Shown one piece after another: positions 19,655 through 29,716 of a stretch of 64,000 nucleotides of DNA (its first letter is position 1; each line of letters starts with the position of its first letter). Under the pieces are notes generated by a model, which saw nothing but the letters and a program-made list of their open reading frames with translations, did no database searches and had not been told where the DNA came from. Position numbers and translations under genes: made by a program. This DNA is from an uncultured Actinomycetota bacterium. GTDB taxonomy: Bacteria; Actinomycetota; Thermoleophilia; RBG-16-64-13. Location: NCBI GenBank assembly GCA_963736705.1, contig CAVTPV010000002.1, positions 14,663 to 78,662 of the forward strand, read 5' to 3'.

Positions 19655-20452
19655 CTAGTGCTTGAGCGTGTAGGTGATGGTGACGTTGGCGGTCACGTCG
19701 AGCGTGCCGGCGCTCACCGCGGGAACCACCGACTTGACCGAATCCTCGGCTGCACCACCGGTCATGCTGTAGATCGGGACCGGCACCTGTACGGAGCTTT
19801 CGTTCATGGTGATGACGTCCCCGATCGACACTCCCCCGGCCGCAGCGAGGCTGTCAGCCTTGGCGCGGGCGTGGGCGACCGCCAGCTTGAGCGCTTCGTT
19901 GACGGCCTGGCTGTCGTCGCGGAGTCTCCACTCCGGACCCGACACCAGGGTCACACCACTGTCAACGCCGGCAGCCAAGACCTTGGCGACCGTGGCGGCG
20001 TCCTTCATGGTCACTTTCACACTGTTCTGCGCCCGATATCCGGTAAGGGTCTCTTTGCCCGTGTTCGGATCGTAGCTCCGGACGGGGTAGAGCGTCACGC
20101 TCGAGGTCTGGATGGCGGAGTCTTCGATCCCGGCGGACTTGAGCGCGGCGAGCAGTTGGTTGCTCTGCGTGGAAGTGGCGTCCATGGCTGCGGTGGACGT
20201 GGCCCCGTCGTTCTCGACGGTCAGGATGATGACCGCTTCGTCCGGAGGGCTGGTGACGGTGGCAGAGCCGCTGACCGTGACAGTGTTGGCGGCCCCGGCG
20301 CCAGACAAGACTGCGGCCGCACCCGCGGAACCCGCCGAGTCATCGGAGCAACCGGCCAGAAGGAGCCCGAACACCAGGGCCACGCAGGCTACCGCGCCGA
20401 TACCCGCCAATTGCAGGACTTTGTTGCCCTTCCGCGATGTGATCTCTCTCAT
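19655..20452 (-). CDS. SIMPL/DUF541-family lipoprotein
   Basis: ATG 20452 starts MREITSRKGNKVLQLAGIGAVACVALVFGLLLAGC, which contains a lipobox. The body ...VTLYPVRSYD...GYRAQNSVKVTMKD...LKLAVAHARAKADSLAAAGGVSIGDVITM...TANVTITYTL is typical of the family. Confidence 0.7.
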   Translation of the reverse strand: MREITSRKGNKVLQLAGIGAVACVALVFGLLLAGCSDDSAGSAGAAAVLSGAGAANTVTVSGSATVTSPPDEAVIILTVENDGATSTAAMDATSTQSNQLLAALKSAGIEDSAIQTSSVTLYPVRSYDPNTGKETLTGYRAQNSVKVTMKDAATVAKVLAAGVDSGVTLVSGPEWRLRDDSQAVNEALKLAVAHARAKADSLAAAGGVSIGDVITMNESSVQVPVPIYSMTGGAAEDSVKSVVPAVSAGTLDVTANVTITYTLKH

Positions 20453-20586
20453 ACATACCCCTCTCAGAGACGGCTTTGTAGGCCGGTACGACGACGCCCG
20501 CCCCGCTCTTGGTTCCTCAGCCCTCCCGGGTCCATCAGCAAGCCTGTCGGCCCAGGTGGTGGTAGACACTGCCCCGCTCGAGTGGC

Positions 20587-21510
20587 TTACTGCAGCCGAT
20601 CGAGCAGCCGCGCCAGTTCTTCCCCGTCTTTGAACGGCAGTTCTATCACGCCTCCCGTTCCCCTGTCACGGACTTTCGGCATGACGCCGAGCAAGCCGAA
20701 GAACGAGTCGCGGATCTGGTCGAGGACTTCGCCGGGGAGGTTCGAGGCCTGAGCCGGCTTGCTGGTCTTGGTCTCTTCTCCCTTGCGCCGTACCTCGTCC
20801 TCGACTTGTCGGACCGAAAGGCCCTTCTCGGCGATGCGCCGGGCCATACGGATCTGCTCTCCGCGCCCCCCGAGTCCGAGAAGCGCCCGGGCATGACCCT
20901 CCGAAAGCTCCCCGCTCGCGAGTGACTCCTGGATGGTCCCGGGGAGATCCAGAAGGCGGATCTTGTTCGCTATGGCGGAGCGGCTCTTGCCCACTCGTGC
21001 CGCGAGTTTTTCCTGCGTAACACCAAGATCTTCCAACAAGACCTTCAGAGCGAAGGCCTCGTCAACCGGGTTGAGCTGCTGGCGGACCACGTTCTCGATG
21101 AGAGCCAATTCCAGACTCTCGACGTCAGAGGCGACCCGCACGATGGCCGGGACGACGGTGAATCCGGCCTGCTGAGCCGCCCTCCAGCGCCGTTCTCCTG
21201 CGATCAGCTCATAGCCGTCATCGACCTGGCGCACGATGACCGGCTGGACCACGCCGACCGACGCGATAGAGGTTGCCAGTTCCTCCAGGGCGCCCGCGTC
21301 GAAGGCCCGGCGCGGCTGGCGGGGGTTCCTTCTGATGGCCGTGACGGGAAGCTCCACCACGCCAGACCCGTCACCGGACCTCGGGCGGGCGGGCGCATCG
21401 CCCTCAGATGAGGCCTTCGCAGACGCACCGAGATCATCGAGATAGTCGTCTGCCTGCTCCTCCCTGAGCAAAGCAGCCAGTCCCCTACCGAGCGCCGGCT
21501 TCTTAGCCAT
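20587..21510 (-). CDS. parB: Chromosome partitioning protein ParB/Spo0J
   Basis: The ORF is intact. Motifs seen are KKPALGRGLAALL, LPVTAIRRNPRQPRRAFD, VQPVIVRQ...YELIAGERRWRAA and the HTH VTQEKLAARVGKSRSAIANKIRLLDLP. Confidence 0.92.
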   Translation of the reverse strand: MAKKPALGRGLAALLREEQADDYLDDLGASAKASSEGDAPARPRSGDGSGVVELPVTAIRRNPRQPRRAFDAGALEELATSIASVGVVQPVIVRQVDDGYELIAGERRWRAAQQAGFTVVPAIVRVASDVESLELALIENVVRQQLNPVDEAFALKVLLEDLGVTQEKLAARVGKSRSAIANKIRLLDLPGTIQESLASGELSEGHARALLGLGGRGEQIRMARRIAEKGLSVRQVEDEVRRKGEETKTSKPAQASNLPGEVLDQIRDSFFGLLGVMPKVRDRGTGGVIELPFKDGEELARLLDRLQ

Positions 21511-22261
21511 GGCTGATCACCTCCAGAGCCAGATCGAAGTACGCATCCGAGCCTGAGCACCGCGGATCGAGCATCGACACCGGTAAGCCGTGGCTCGGGG
21601 CTTCCGCGAGTCGAACGTTGCGGGGCACGACTGTGTTGAACGTGAGTGCCGGGAAGTGACTCCTGATCTCTTCCTCCACCTGGCGCGCAAGCGCAGTACG
21701 AAGATCGACCATCGTGAGGATCAGTCCGGCGATACGGAGCGAGGGATTCAGGCGTTCCTTGACCGCGGTGACGGTCGATAGCAGCTGAGTCAGCCCTTCG
21801 AGGGCGTAGTACTCGGCCTGTACCGGTATCAACACGGCCTCCGCGGCCACCAGACCGTTGACGGTCAGAAGGCCCAACGACGGCGGGCAGTCGATGAAGA
21901 CGAACGAATAGCGGCCCTCTTCAAGGGACGCAAGCGCCTCTTTCAGGCGGAATTCCCGGCGATCGAGGTCTGAGAGCAGCATGCTCGAGCCGACCATGTC
22001 GGAGGAGGCGGGGGCTACGTCCAGCCCAGGCACCGACGAGGGATGGATCACCGAGGCAAGATCTTGCTCGCCGAGCAGCACGTCCAGCATGGCGGGCTCG
22101 CCCTGGGGAATGCGTACCCCGAGGCCATGGGAAGCATTCGCCTGAGAGTCCATGTCGACCAGCAGCACGCGCTCCCCAGCCTGAGCGATACTCGCGGCTA
22201 GATTGATGGCAGTCGTCGTCTTGCCGACGCCGCCCTTTTGGTTTGCGATTGCGTAGATCAG
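21503..22261 (-). CDS. parA: Chromosome partitioning ATPase ParA/Soj; no canonical start codon at the expected N-terminus
   Basis: By hand, upstream of the track ORF the same frame reads (L)IYAIANQKGGVGKTTTAINLAASIAQAGERVLLVDMDSQ, which carries the deviant Walker A. The only start candidates after the rsmG stop are CTG 22261 or ATC 22258, 8-10 nt after AGAGAGGAA. The length from CTG matches the roughly 250 aa typical of Soj. Confidence 0.85.
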   Translation of the reverse strand: MIYAIANQKGGVGKTTTAINLAASIAQAGERVLLVDMDSQANASHGLGVRIPQGEPAMLDVLLGEQDLASVIHPSSVPGLDVAPASSDMVGSSMLLSDLDRREFRLKEALASLEEGRYSFVFIDCPPSLGLLTVNGLVAAEAVLIPVQAEYYALEGLTQLLSTVTAVKERLNPSLRIAGLILTMVDLRTALARQVEEEIRSHFPALTFNTVVPRNVRLAEAPSHGLPVSMLDPRCSGSDAYFDLALEVISHG

Positions 22262-22283
22262 TGGACTGTTCCTCTCTTGCTCG

Positions 22284-22985
22284 TCAGGCCCCGAGTGGCC
22301 GCTGCTTCGCGAGGCCGGGCCGGCGCGGATATGAGGCTGGAGTCGCCTTCACCTTCCTTGCCATATGGACCCAACGGTTCTCTGCCCCCGTGAAGGGCTC
22401 GAGCCGAATCGACTCCAACTCGCCTCCGCCCAGTATATCGAGAGCCTTCTGGCCGTGAATACGCTCTTGGTTGGAGATTTCGCCCTTCATGGCTATCATC
22501 ACCCCGCCTGGGGCTAGGAGTGGGAGTGAGTACTCGGCCACGACCGTGAAGGCGGCCAAAGCCCTGGAGACGACCACATCGTGAGCCCCACGGCCGGGCC
22601 CCCGGCCGTATTCCTCGGCGCGGGCGCACTGGACATCGACGTTCTGCAGGCCCATGGCGGCGGCGGCCTGCTGGATGAAGCCGCACTTCTTGTTGAGCGA
22701 TTCGACAGCGGTGATCCTCGCCTCTGGCAGAGCCAGCGCCAGGATGAGCGCGGGCAGCCCCGCTCCGGACCCCAGATCCGCAAGATTCTTGGTGGAGCGC
22801 ACCTCGAGCAGGTCGAGTAGGGAGAGGCAGTCAAGAAAATGGAACTGCTCGATCGCCTCAGGCTCCCGGACGCTGGTGACATTGAAGCCGGGATTGAGCA
22901 GCAGATCGCCGAACACGCTCAGCCGGTCGAGGGACGCACGATCGAGGCCGCGCTTGGCGTAGGACTCTGTCTGTGTCAATTCCAC
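22284..22985 (-). CDS. rsmG: 16S rRNA (guanine527-N7)-methyltransferase RsmG/GidB
   Basis: The ORF is intact. Evidence is the SAM motif LADLGSGAGLPALILALA, ...VVSRALA... and its position between mnmG and parA. Confidence 0.9.
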   Translation of the reverse strand: MELTQTESYAKRGLDRASLDRLSVFGDLLLNPGFNVTSVREPEAIEQFHFLDCLSLLDLLEVRSTKNLADLGSGAGLPALILALALPEARITAVESLNKKCGFIQQAAAAMGLQNVDVQCARAEEYGRGPGRGAHDVVVSRALAAFTVVAEYSLPLLAPGGVMIAMKGEISNQERIHGQKALDILGGGELESIRLEPFTGAENRWVHMARKVKATPASYPRRPGLAKQRPLGA

Positions 22986-22991
22986 CGGGGT

Positions 22992-25080
22992 TCAGGACTT
23001 CTTGACCGCTATCGCTGAGCCGGACGACGCGATGTGGGCCGTATCGGCGGCCTGGAAGACGGGTTCTTCCCCCGTTGTCTGGGCGTCGGTCCGGGGGTTG
23101 ATCCCGCCCTCAGACCCGCCGCAATCAACGACAGCGCCCGCGCCGCGCCCACCAGAGTCGTCGTTCCCATCGCTGTCTGGCTCGGCCCGCAAGTGCCGGT
23201 ACAGATGCACCAGACAGCACCGAGATGTCCGCCGGAGAGACGCCGGGCACTCGCGATGCCTGCCCAAGGGTGGCCGGGCGCAGACGGCTGAGCTTGTCCT
23301 TGGCCTCATACGTCAGCCCTTCGAGGGGACGGTAGTCGAAGTCGTGGGGGACCTGCAGAGTCTCGGTGGCTCGGTGGCGGCGGATCTCGGCGAGTTGTCG
23401 GCGGATGTAGCCCTCGTAGCGGGCCTGCACGTCCAGTTGCTCGATCACTTCCGGCGGGGCCGCCGCGATTCGCTCCCGATCGTCCTCGCTGAGCATCAAC
23501 AGGAGGTCGTCGAAAGTGATCTGGGGTCTGCGCAGCAGCCTTCCGGCCGACTGCGACTCCTCCAGGGGAGACGTACCCAAAGACTCGAGCAGAGCGTCGG
23601 TCTCCCCGGTGGAGCGGACCTGGACGCCTTCCAGTAGCTGGGCATACTCGGCAAGCGTGCGCTGTTTCTCTTCGACCACCGCCAATTGCGCGTCGTTCAG
23701 CAGCCCCAACTGGTGCCCCAGAGAAGACAGACGTTCCGCGGCGTTGTCATGCCGGAGAATGAGCCGGTATTCCGCTCTGGAGGTGAACATCCGGTAGGGC
23801 TCGTCGACTCCCTTCGTCACCAGGTCGTCGATCAGTACGCCGATGTATGCCTGATCGCGGCGCAGGATGAATGGGGCCTCCTCTTTCGCGTGCAAAGCGG
23901 CGTTGATGCCCGCCATCAGACCCTGGGCGGCCGCTTCCTCATACCCGGAAGTTCCGTTCAGCTGGCCCGCGCTGAAGAGACCGGCAACCGCCTTGGTCTG
24001 AAGGGCCAGAGTCAGTTGCTGCGGCGGCAGGTAATCGTATTCCACAGCGTATCCCGGGCGCACCAGCCGAGCGTTCTCCAGCCCTGGCGTGGCCTTGATG
24101 ATCTTCTCCTGGACGAACACGGGGAGGCTCGTTGTGAGCCCCTGGAGGTACATCTCCTGGGTCGTCACACCTTCCGGCTCGACGAACACAGGGTGCTGCT
24201 CCTTCTCAGGGAAGTTGATGAGCTTGCGGTCGATTGACGGGCAGTATCGCGGGCCCTTTCCGCTCACCGACCCGCTCTTGAGTGGGCTGAGGTGGAGGTA
24301 CTTGGATACGACTTCGTGCGTGGCGGATGTCGTATGTGTCAGGAAACAAGGGACTTGCCGCCGCGGGGCCGGCCTCTGCCAGTGCGAGAACGACAGAGGC
24401 GAGGTGTCACCTTCCTGCGGGATCATCCGATCGGCGTCGATGGTCCTCCCGTCGATGCGAGGTGGAGTGGCCGACTGGAATCGATCCAGCTCCAAGCCGG
24501 CCTCCATGAGGCTTTGGGACAGCCGAAGGGCCGGCAACTCGCCCACACGGCCTGCCGCGAAGATGCGATCGCCGATGACGATCTTGCCACGTAGGAAGGT
24601 GCCAGTGGCGAGAACGACGGAACGGCAGGCAAGACGCCTTCCGTCCGCCAGATCCAAGCCCCGGATTGTTTCACGTGAAACATCAAGGGCGACTGCCTCC
24701 CCCTGAACTACGTGAAGGTTAGGCGTTCGCGAAAGAGTGACCTTCATCCAGTCTTCGTACAGGCGCTTGTCCGTCTGAGCGCGAAGAGCGCGGACGGCCG
24801 GACCCTTGGACGTGTTGAGCATCTTCAACTGGATGAAAGCCCTGTCGGTGTTGCGGCCTTGTTCACCCCCCAGAGCATCAACCTCTCGAGTCAGCTGCCC
24901 TTTTCCGACCCCTCCGACCGCCGGATTGCAGGGCATGAGGGCGATGTTGTCCACATGCAGCGTCACCAACGCCGTCCGGCAGCCCATTCGTGCGGCTGCC
25001 AAAGCGGCCTCACACCCGGCATGTCCGCCACCCACGACTACCACGTCGTACCTGCAGTCCGAATCCGGTCTGCTACTCAT
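22992..25080 (-). CDS. mnmG: tRNA uridine 5-carboxymethylaminomethyl modification enzyme MnmG/GidA; one frame break near 23225
   Basis: MSSRPDSDCRYDVVVVGGGHAGCEAALAAARMG starts at ATG 25080 and the sequence is MnmG-like throughout. After GVSPADISVL the expected LVHLYRHLR... tail is in the 22992..23309 frame. Confidence 0.9.
24667..24682. other. parS: parS centromere-like site (perfect 16-bp palindrome)
   Basis: TGTTTCACGTGAAACA read directly at 24667-24682 is an exact match to the Firmicute/Actinobacterial parS consensus TGTTNCACGTGAAACA. It lies inside mnmG, about 3 kb from parB. Confidence 0.85.
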
Positions 25081-25114
25081 TGACTTGGGTCCGTTCAACC
25101 GCTCGCCGGCCACT

Positions 25115-26363
25115 TCAGATACCTCCGAGCTCCGCGACGACGTCCCGTCCGCCGCGCACTCCCGAGGCAAGGCTTTCAACATAGTCCTCAGCCCCCGCAG
25201 ACCGTCCCACGACCCATATTCGCCCGCAAGTCTGCAGCGTGTCCAGTCTGCCGGACAGGCTGACGTTCCTCACAACGGCAGCCGTCACCGTCAGCGGCAT
25301 GCGCGTCAGCACAGACGAAGCGGCGGCGCCCTCACCGTTCTCCAAGGCACGAGCAGCCGCCGTTCCCGGGGCGACGTAGACCTCGCCGGTGGCCGCACCG
25401 TCGGGCGAGACCACAGGAACACTCTCGATCCTTCGCGGGCCTTCTCCATTCAGCGCGATCCGGACATCGACGACCATCTGCTCGAACCTTAAGGCCGGAT
25501 CCAAATGCGGCGCCGGCGGGAAGTCCGCAGGCCAAGACTGTTTCTCGTCCCCCTCGACCATGACAGCCAGCTCCACGACGGATGGCCCGAGTCCCGCGCC
25601 TCCAGGCGCCCCGGGAGTTCCCGTCCCTGTCGCCAATCGACTTTCTGGCGCAGGTTCCTGGAGGGCGCGAAAGTCGCCCACCGCCAACCTCGGTCCCACG
25701 TGTAGAACGCCCTCACGGCACTGAGCGCCCAATGCCTCCATAACCTTGAGCAGGTCGTTGGAGGCGGGCTCTCCGTACCGACCGCCCTCGACAGTCTCTC
25801 CACCAACCGAACTGCGACCGGCGAGACTCAGGCCGACGGCCACAACAGCCGCGTCCGCTTCGAATACCTCGCCGAAAATGGTCTCCGCCTGGATTCTGAC
25901 CCTTCCGCCCTCCACGACGGGCTCGATGACCCTCAGGTGCGAAACGAACCCCTGCCTGAACTGTAGCCCGGGCACGTGCTCCAACAGCCGCTTGGTCTCA
26001 ACGCTCACCCTGCGGCGATCGATGTTAAGGACGGCTGCGCCGTTGACCGGGCGCAGACCCGCCTCAAGCCAAATGGCGCGTAGAGGGGAAGGCAGCTCGG
26101 CCAGGGCCTCCTCCAACTGACACCACCGGCCATCCGCGCCGGCAGAGGTCGGGGCCATACGCCGGCAACCCTACGCGATCCATAGCGCTGTTGATCAGCG
26201 TCACGCCAAGGCCCGCCGAAGCAAGAGTGGCCGCACACGCACAGCCCGACACGCCCGCGCCTATGACGAGCACTGTCGGCCCTGCGTCGCCAGCAGGGTC
26301 GATTGCCGGTGTGGGGCAGGTTGTCTGGTCCTGATGGACGTTCTTCACAGCAGGCGGCTCCAT
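25115..26363 (-). CDS. FAD/NAD(P)-binding Rossmann-fold protein of unknown function, between mnmE and mnmG; one frame break near 26160
   Basis: ATG 26363 directly follows the mnmE stop (TAGATG). The N-terminus ...TVLVIGAGVSGCACAATLASAGLGVTLINS contains a GxGxxG motif. The rest (SAGADGRWCQLEEALAELPSPLRAIWLEAGLRPVNG...IWVVGRSAGAEDYVESLASGVRGGRDVVAELGGI) is in the 25115..26158 ORF. Confidence 0.6.
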
Positions 26364-27812
26364 CTACTTCCCAATGCAGAAGCGGCTGAAGATCTCGTCG
26401 AGAAGGTCCTGCGTGAGATCCTCACCAGTGATCCGCCCTAGCGCGCCGATTGCTTCGCGAATGTCCTCACAGACCAGTTCCTCGTCGGTCTCCAGCGCAG
26501 CGGTCGCGAGCGCCGACCCCGTCTTGGCGAAGGCCTCGCCCACCAGACCGCGCTGCCGCTCGCTGGCGAGGACGGGCTCCTCAAGATGCAGCCCTTCGCC
26601 TCCGCTCACCACCGACTCTATGCTTTCCCTGAGCGCTTCAAGGCCTTCGCCCGTGACCGCCGAGACCCCGCAGACGCGCCACTCCGCCAGCGAGGAAGCA
26701 CCATCGCCGAGAAGAGCGGCGACACCCGCTGCCTTGGCAGCGCCATCGTCGACGAGATCGATCTTGTTGCAGACGATTATGGTCCTCGTGCGGTCCAGGC
26801 CCTGAATGAAGTCCCGGTCCTCGTCGTCCCACAGAATCGCGGCGTCCAGCACGGCGAGGACAAGATCGGCCTGCTCGATGGCTTTCACCGATCGGGCCAC
26901 CCCGAGTCGCTCTACGTGATCGCCCCCGACGCGAATCCCAGCCGTATCGACCAGGTGGATCGGTATCCCTCCGATCTCCATCAGTTCCTCGACCGTGTCA
27001 CGCGTGGTACCCGGGATATCCGATACGATCGCCCGCTCGCGCATGAGAAGCGCGTTGAGCAAGGAGCTCTTGCCCACGTTCGGCTTGCCGACGATAGCTG
27101 TGCGCAGTCCGTGCTCCAGCGCCCGACCGAGAAAGGCGGTGCGCAGCAGTCTCTCCAAGTCCTTCCGGGCTGTGAGGAGACCGTCGCCCAAGCCTCTCCA
27201 GTCCAGGGAGTCGATGTCCTCGTCGGTGAAGTCGACGGTCGCTTCGATCTGAGCCAGCAATCCCACCAAGGCTCCGCGCACGGCTCTCAGCTTCTCGGAG
27301 AGGCCGCCCTCCAGTTGGCGCACCGATGCCCGCAACGCCCCTGAGCTGCGGGCCGAGACGATGGCAGCCACACTTTCGGCCTGGGCTAGGTCTATTCTCC
27401 CGTTGAGAAACGCCCGCTTGGTGAACTCTCCTGGCTCGGCAGGCCGAGCCCCAAGATGGACGAGCAACCGCAGTACCGCACGCTGCGCCGCTACGCCGCC
27501 GTGGCAGTGGATCTCGACCACGTCCTCCCGGGTGTACGAGTGAGGAGCCCGCATCACAGCAAGCAGGACCTCATCGATATCGTGGTCATCATGCGGATCA
27601 GCCACATGCCCGTACAGAAGCCGATGGGTCTCCTCCGGCCTAAGACCGGCTCCTCTGCCCGCTCGGAACACCGACTCGGCAATGCCGACGGCTTCCGGAC
27701 CGCTCATTCGTACGATCCCGATGGCCCCAAGCCCCGTGGCCGTCGATAGGGCCACGATGGTGTCGTCGCCCCAGGTTTCAGGAGTCCCGGTATGAAGGCT
27801 ATCGGAGGTCAT
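26364..27812 (-). CDS. mnmE: tRNA modification GTPase MnmE/TrmE
   Basis: The ORF is intact. Motifs seen are GAIGIVRMSG, G1 GKPNVGKSSLLNAL, DIPGTTRD, DTAGIR, NKIDL and the C-terminal CIGK. Confidence 0.93.
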   Translation of the reverse strand: MTSDSLHTGTPETWGDDTIVALSTATGLGAIGIVRMSGPEAVGIAESVFRAGRGAGLRPEETHRLLYGHVADPHDDHDIDEVLLAVMRAPHSYTREDVVEIHCHGGVAAQRAVLRLLVHLGARPAEPGEFTKRAFLNGRIDLAQAESVAAIVSARSSGALRASVRQLEGGLSEKLRAVRGALVGLLAQIEATVDFTDEDIDSLDWRGLGDGLLTARKDLERLLRTAFLGRALEHGLRTAIVGKPNVGKSSLLNALLMRERAIVSDIPGTTRDTVEELMEIGGIPIHLVDTAGIRVGGDHVERLGVARSVKAIEQADLVLAVLDAAILWDDEDRDFIQGLDRTRTIIVCNKIDLVDDGAAKAAGVAALLGDGASSLAEWRVCGVSAVTGEGLEALRESIESVVSGGEGLHLEEPVLASERQRGLVGEAFAKTGSALATAALETDEELVCEDIREAIGALGRITGEDLTQDLLDEIFSRFCIGK

Positions 27813-28046
27813 GCGCGCGAAAGGTGTTCCTCAGATGGTGAGACAAGAGTGAAGATGATGCCAGAAAACCGGACGGCCGGCCATGAAGCGACAACATGCA
27901 GCGCAGCCCACAAAGCAGCAGTCGCTCCCGACATGCCCGCCCGATGTGCCTGCCACCCGCCGTGTCGGCGCGGCCTCGCCCTCAGCCAACCCCGCACCAC
28001 AACAACGCTTGCCGAGGCAGGTACCCCGCCCAGGCTGGGCCATTTC

Positions 28047-28866
28047 CTAGCGGCGCGCCTCCCTGGCCGGCGTAATGACAACACAGCGGTTGGGCTCCCG
28101 GCCCTGGCTGGCAGTAAGCACGTCGGTGCGACCGCGGAGCGTCAAGTGCACGATCTTGCGCTCGGCCGGTGTCATGGGCGTCAACTGCACGGGGCGGCCG
28201 CGCTTCGCAGCCTCCTCGGCCTTCCGAAGAGCTACCCGTTCGATCTGCCGCCGGCGTCGGTCCTTATAACCCTCCGCGTCGAGTTCGACGCGTCTACGCG
28301 AGTGCGATCCGCTGAACACGGCGATGCTGGCCAGGTACTCGACGGCGTCGATAGTCTGACCGCGGCGGCCGATGAAGATCCCCATGTCCTCGCCGGTGAT
28401 CTCGGCGAAGAGCTCCTCTTCGCCCTCGGTGATGTGAATAGAAGCGGGAAGACCCAGCTCGTTCAGAACGCGAGAGAGGAAGGCCCTCAGCCTGGCAGCG
28501 TCGGGCGTGTCGTCCTCTTCGCGGTCGGGGACCCACTGCCCACGCGGGCGGCGATAGTCGTCATCGTAGTCGTCGTCATCGTCGGTGTCGTGCCTCAGAA
28601 GCTCCGGCGGCATCGAATCGTCCTCGGGCCCGAGGAAGTCGAACTCGTCTCCGACCAAAGCCACCTCGACCACCGCGTCAACGGCCCCGACCCCCATGAA
28701 TCCCTCTTCCGGGGGGATGATGATGGTGACTTCATACTGCTCCTCAGCGAGCTCGCCGGGAGCGAAATCAAGTTCAGCTAGAGCTCGTTGGACCGCCTGC
28801 TCCACCGTCCGGCCGTTTGCTCTTGCTACCTGCTGCCTGCCCTTTTGCTGACGTCCCTTGCCCACT
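28047..28866 (-). CDS. jag: Jag/SpoIIIJ-associated RNA-binding protein (Jag-N, KH and R3H domains)
   Basis: Candidate GTG 28866 lies 8 nt after GGAGG. GRTVEQAVQRALAELDFAPGE is Jag-N-like and FIGRRGQTIDAVEYLASIA is the KH GxxG. LTPMTPAERKIVHLTLRGRTDVLTASQGREPNRCVVI is R3H-like. A very acidic DTDDDDDYDDDY linker is present. Confidence 0.8.
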
Positions 28867-28869
28867 GGT

Positions 28870-29715
28870 ATTGCCTCCGCTCTTCTTAGCCGGCTGTGTC
28901 GAGGTCGTGGCCTTGGCTTTCGCCGGAGCAGCGCCCGCCTTGGTCCCCGGTTTGGCCCCTGGCTTGACCGGGGTCCGGCAGGAGTCTTGGCGGGTGTCTT
29001 CGCCGATGAACTCCTGACGGGTGCTTTCTCCTTAGCCGAAGGTATCACCGCCTGTACAGGCATCGGCTTCAACTTCTCTGCAACGTATTGCTGAGCAATA
29101 GTCCACAAGTTGGAAGTGAACCAATAGATGAACAAACCTGCAGGCCACTTACCTATAAACATGAAGATACCCACCATTATGGGCATCATATAGGCGATTA
29201 TCTTCTGCTGACCTGCGCCTTTTCTGGCGGTCTGCCAGGAAGCCACAAACTGGCTCCCAATGTAGAGGAACATCAAGATGATGTCGAACTTGGTGATATC
29301 CGCCATCCAAAGCCAGCCCACGGTGGGGTTCGGGAAGGCGAACGAGCCTCCCGGTTGGCCCTGGTTGCGGAGCATGTAGTACAGGCCGAGGAAGACCGGC
29401 AGCTGGAGGATCAGCGGGAAGGCACGAGCCGAAGGGGCTGACCTTGTTCTCCTGGTAGAACTCCATGGTCTTCTGATTCAGGAGTTGCTTGTTGTCCTTG
29501 TACTTCTCCTGCAGCACCTTGATCTGTGGCGCCAGCGCCTGCATAGCGCGCATGCTCTTGATCTGACGCCAGGTGAGCGGGATCAGGACGATACGGACGA
29601 AGATGGTCAGGATCACGATGGACCAGGACCAGCTGACCCCCCACCCGTGGATGAACTCAAGGATCCAGTAGAAGAACTTGCTGAGAGGAGAGAAAAGACT
29701 GTCCAGACCGCCCAT
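28870..29715 (-). CDS. yidC: Membrane protein insertase YidC (short Gram-positive type); frame break near 29430; 3' end uncertain
   Basis: MGGLDSLFSPLSKFFYWILEFIH...SIVILTIFVRIVLIPLTWRQIKSMRAMQALAPQIKVLQEKYKDNKQ...FYQENKVSP is followed, in the 28047..29375 frame, by ...MMPIMVGIFMFIGKWPAGLFIYWFTSNLWTIAQQY. The basic tail runs into jag without a clean stop in that frame. Confidence 0.8.
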
Positions 29716-29716
29716 G

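Noticed and set aside
28866-28870. Apparent YidC-Jag fusion in the 28047..29375 track ORF
   Set aside because: A GTG with a well-spaced GGAGG at 28866 starts a normal Jag N-domain. In-frame continuity with the YidC basic tail is most simply explained by a frame error in the low-complexity tail region, since alternative frames give stops at about 28880 and about 28790.
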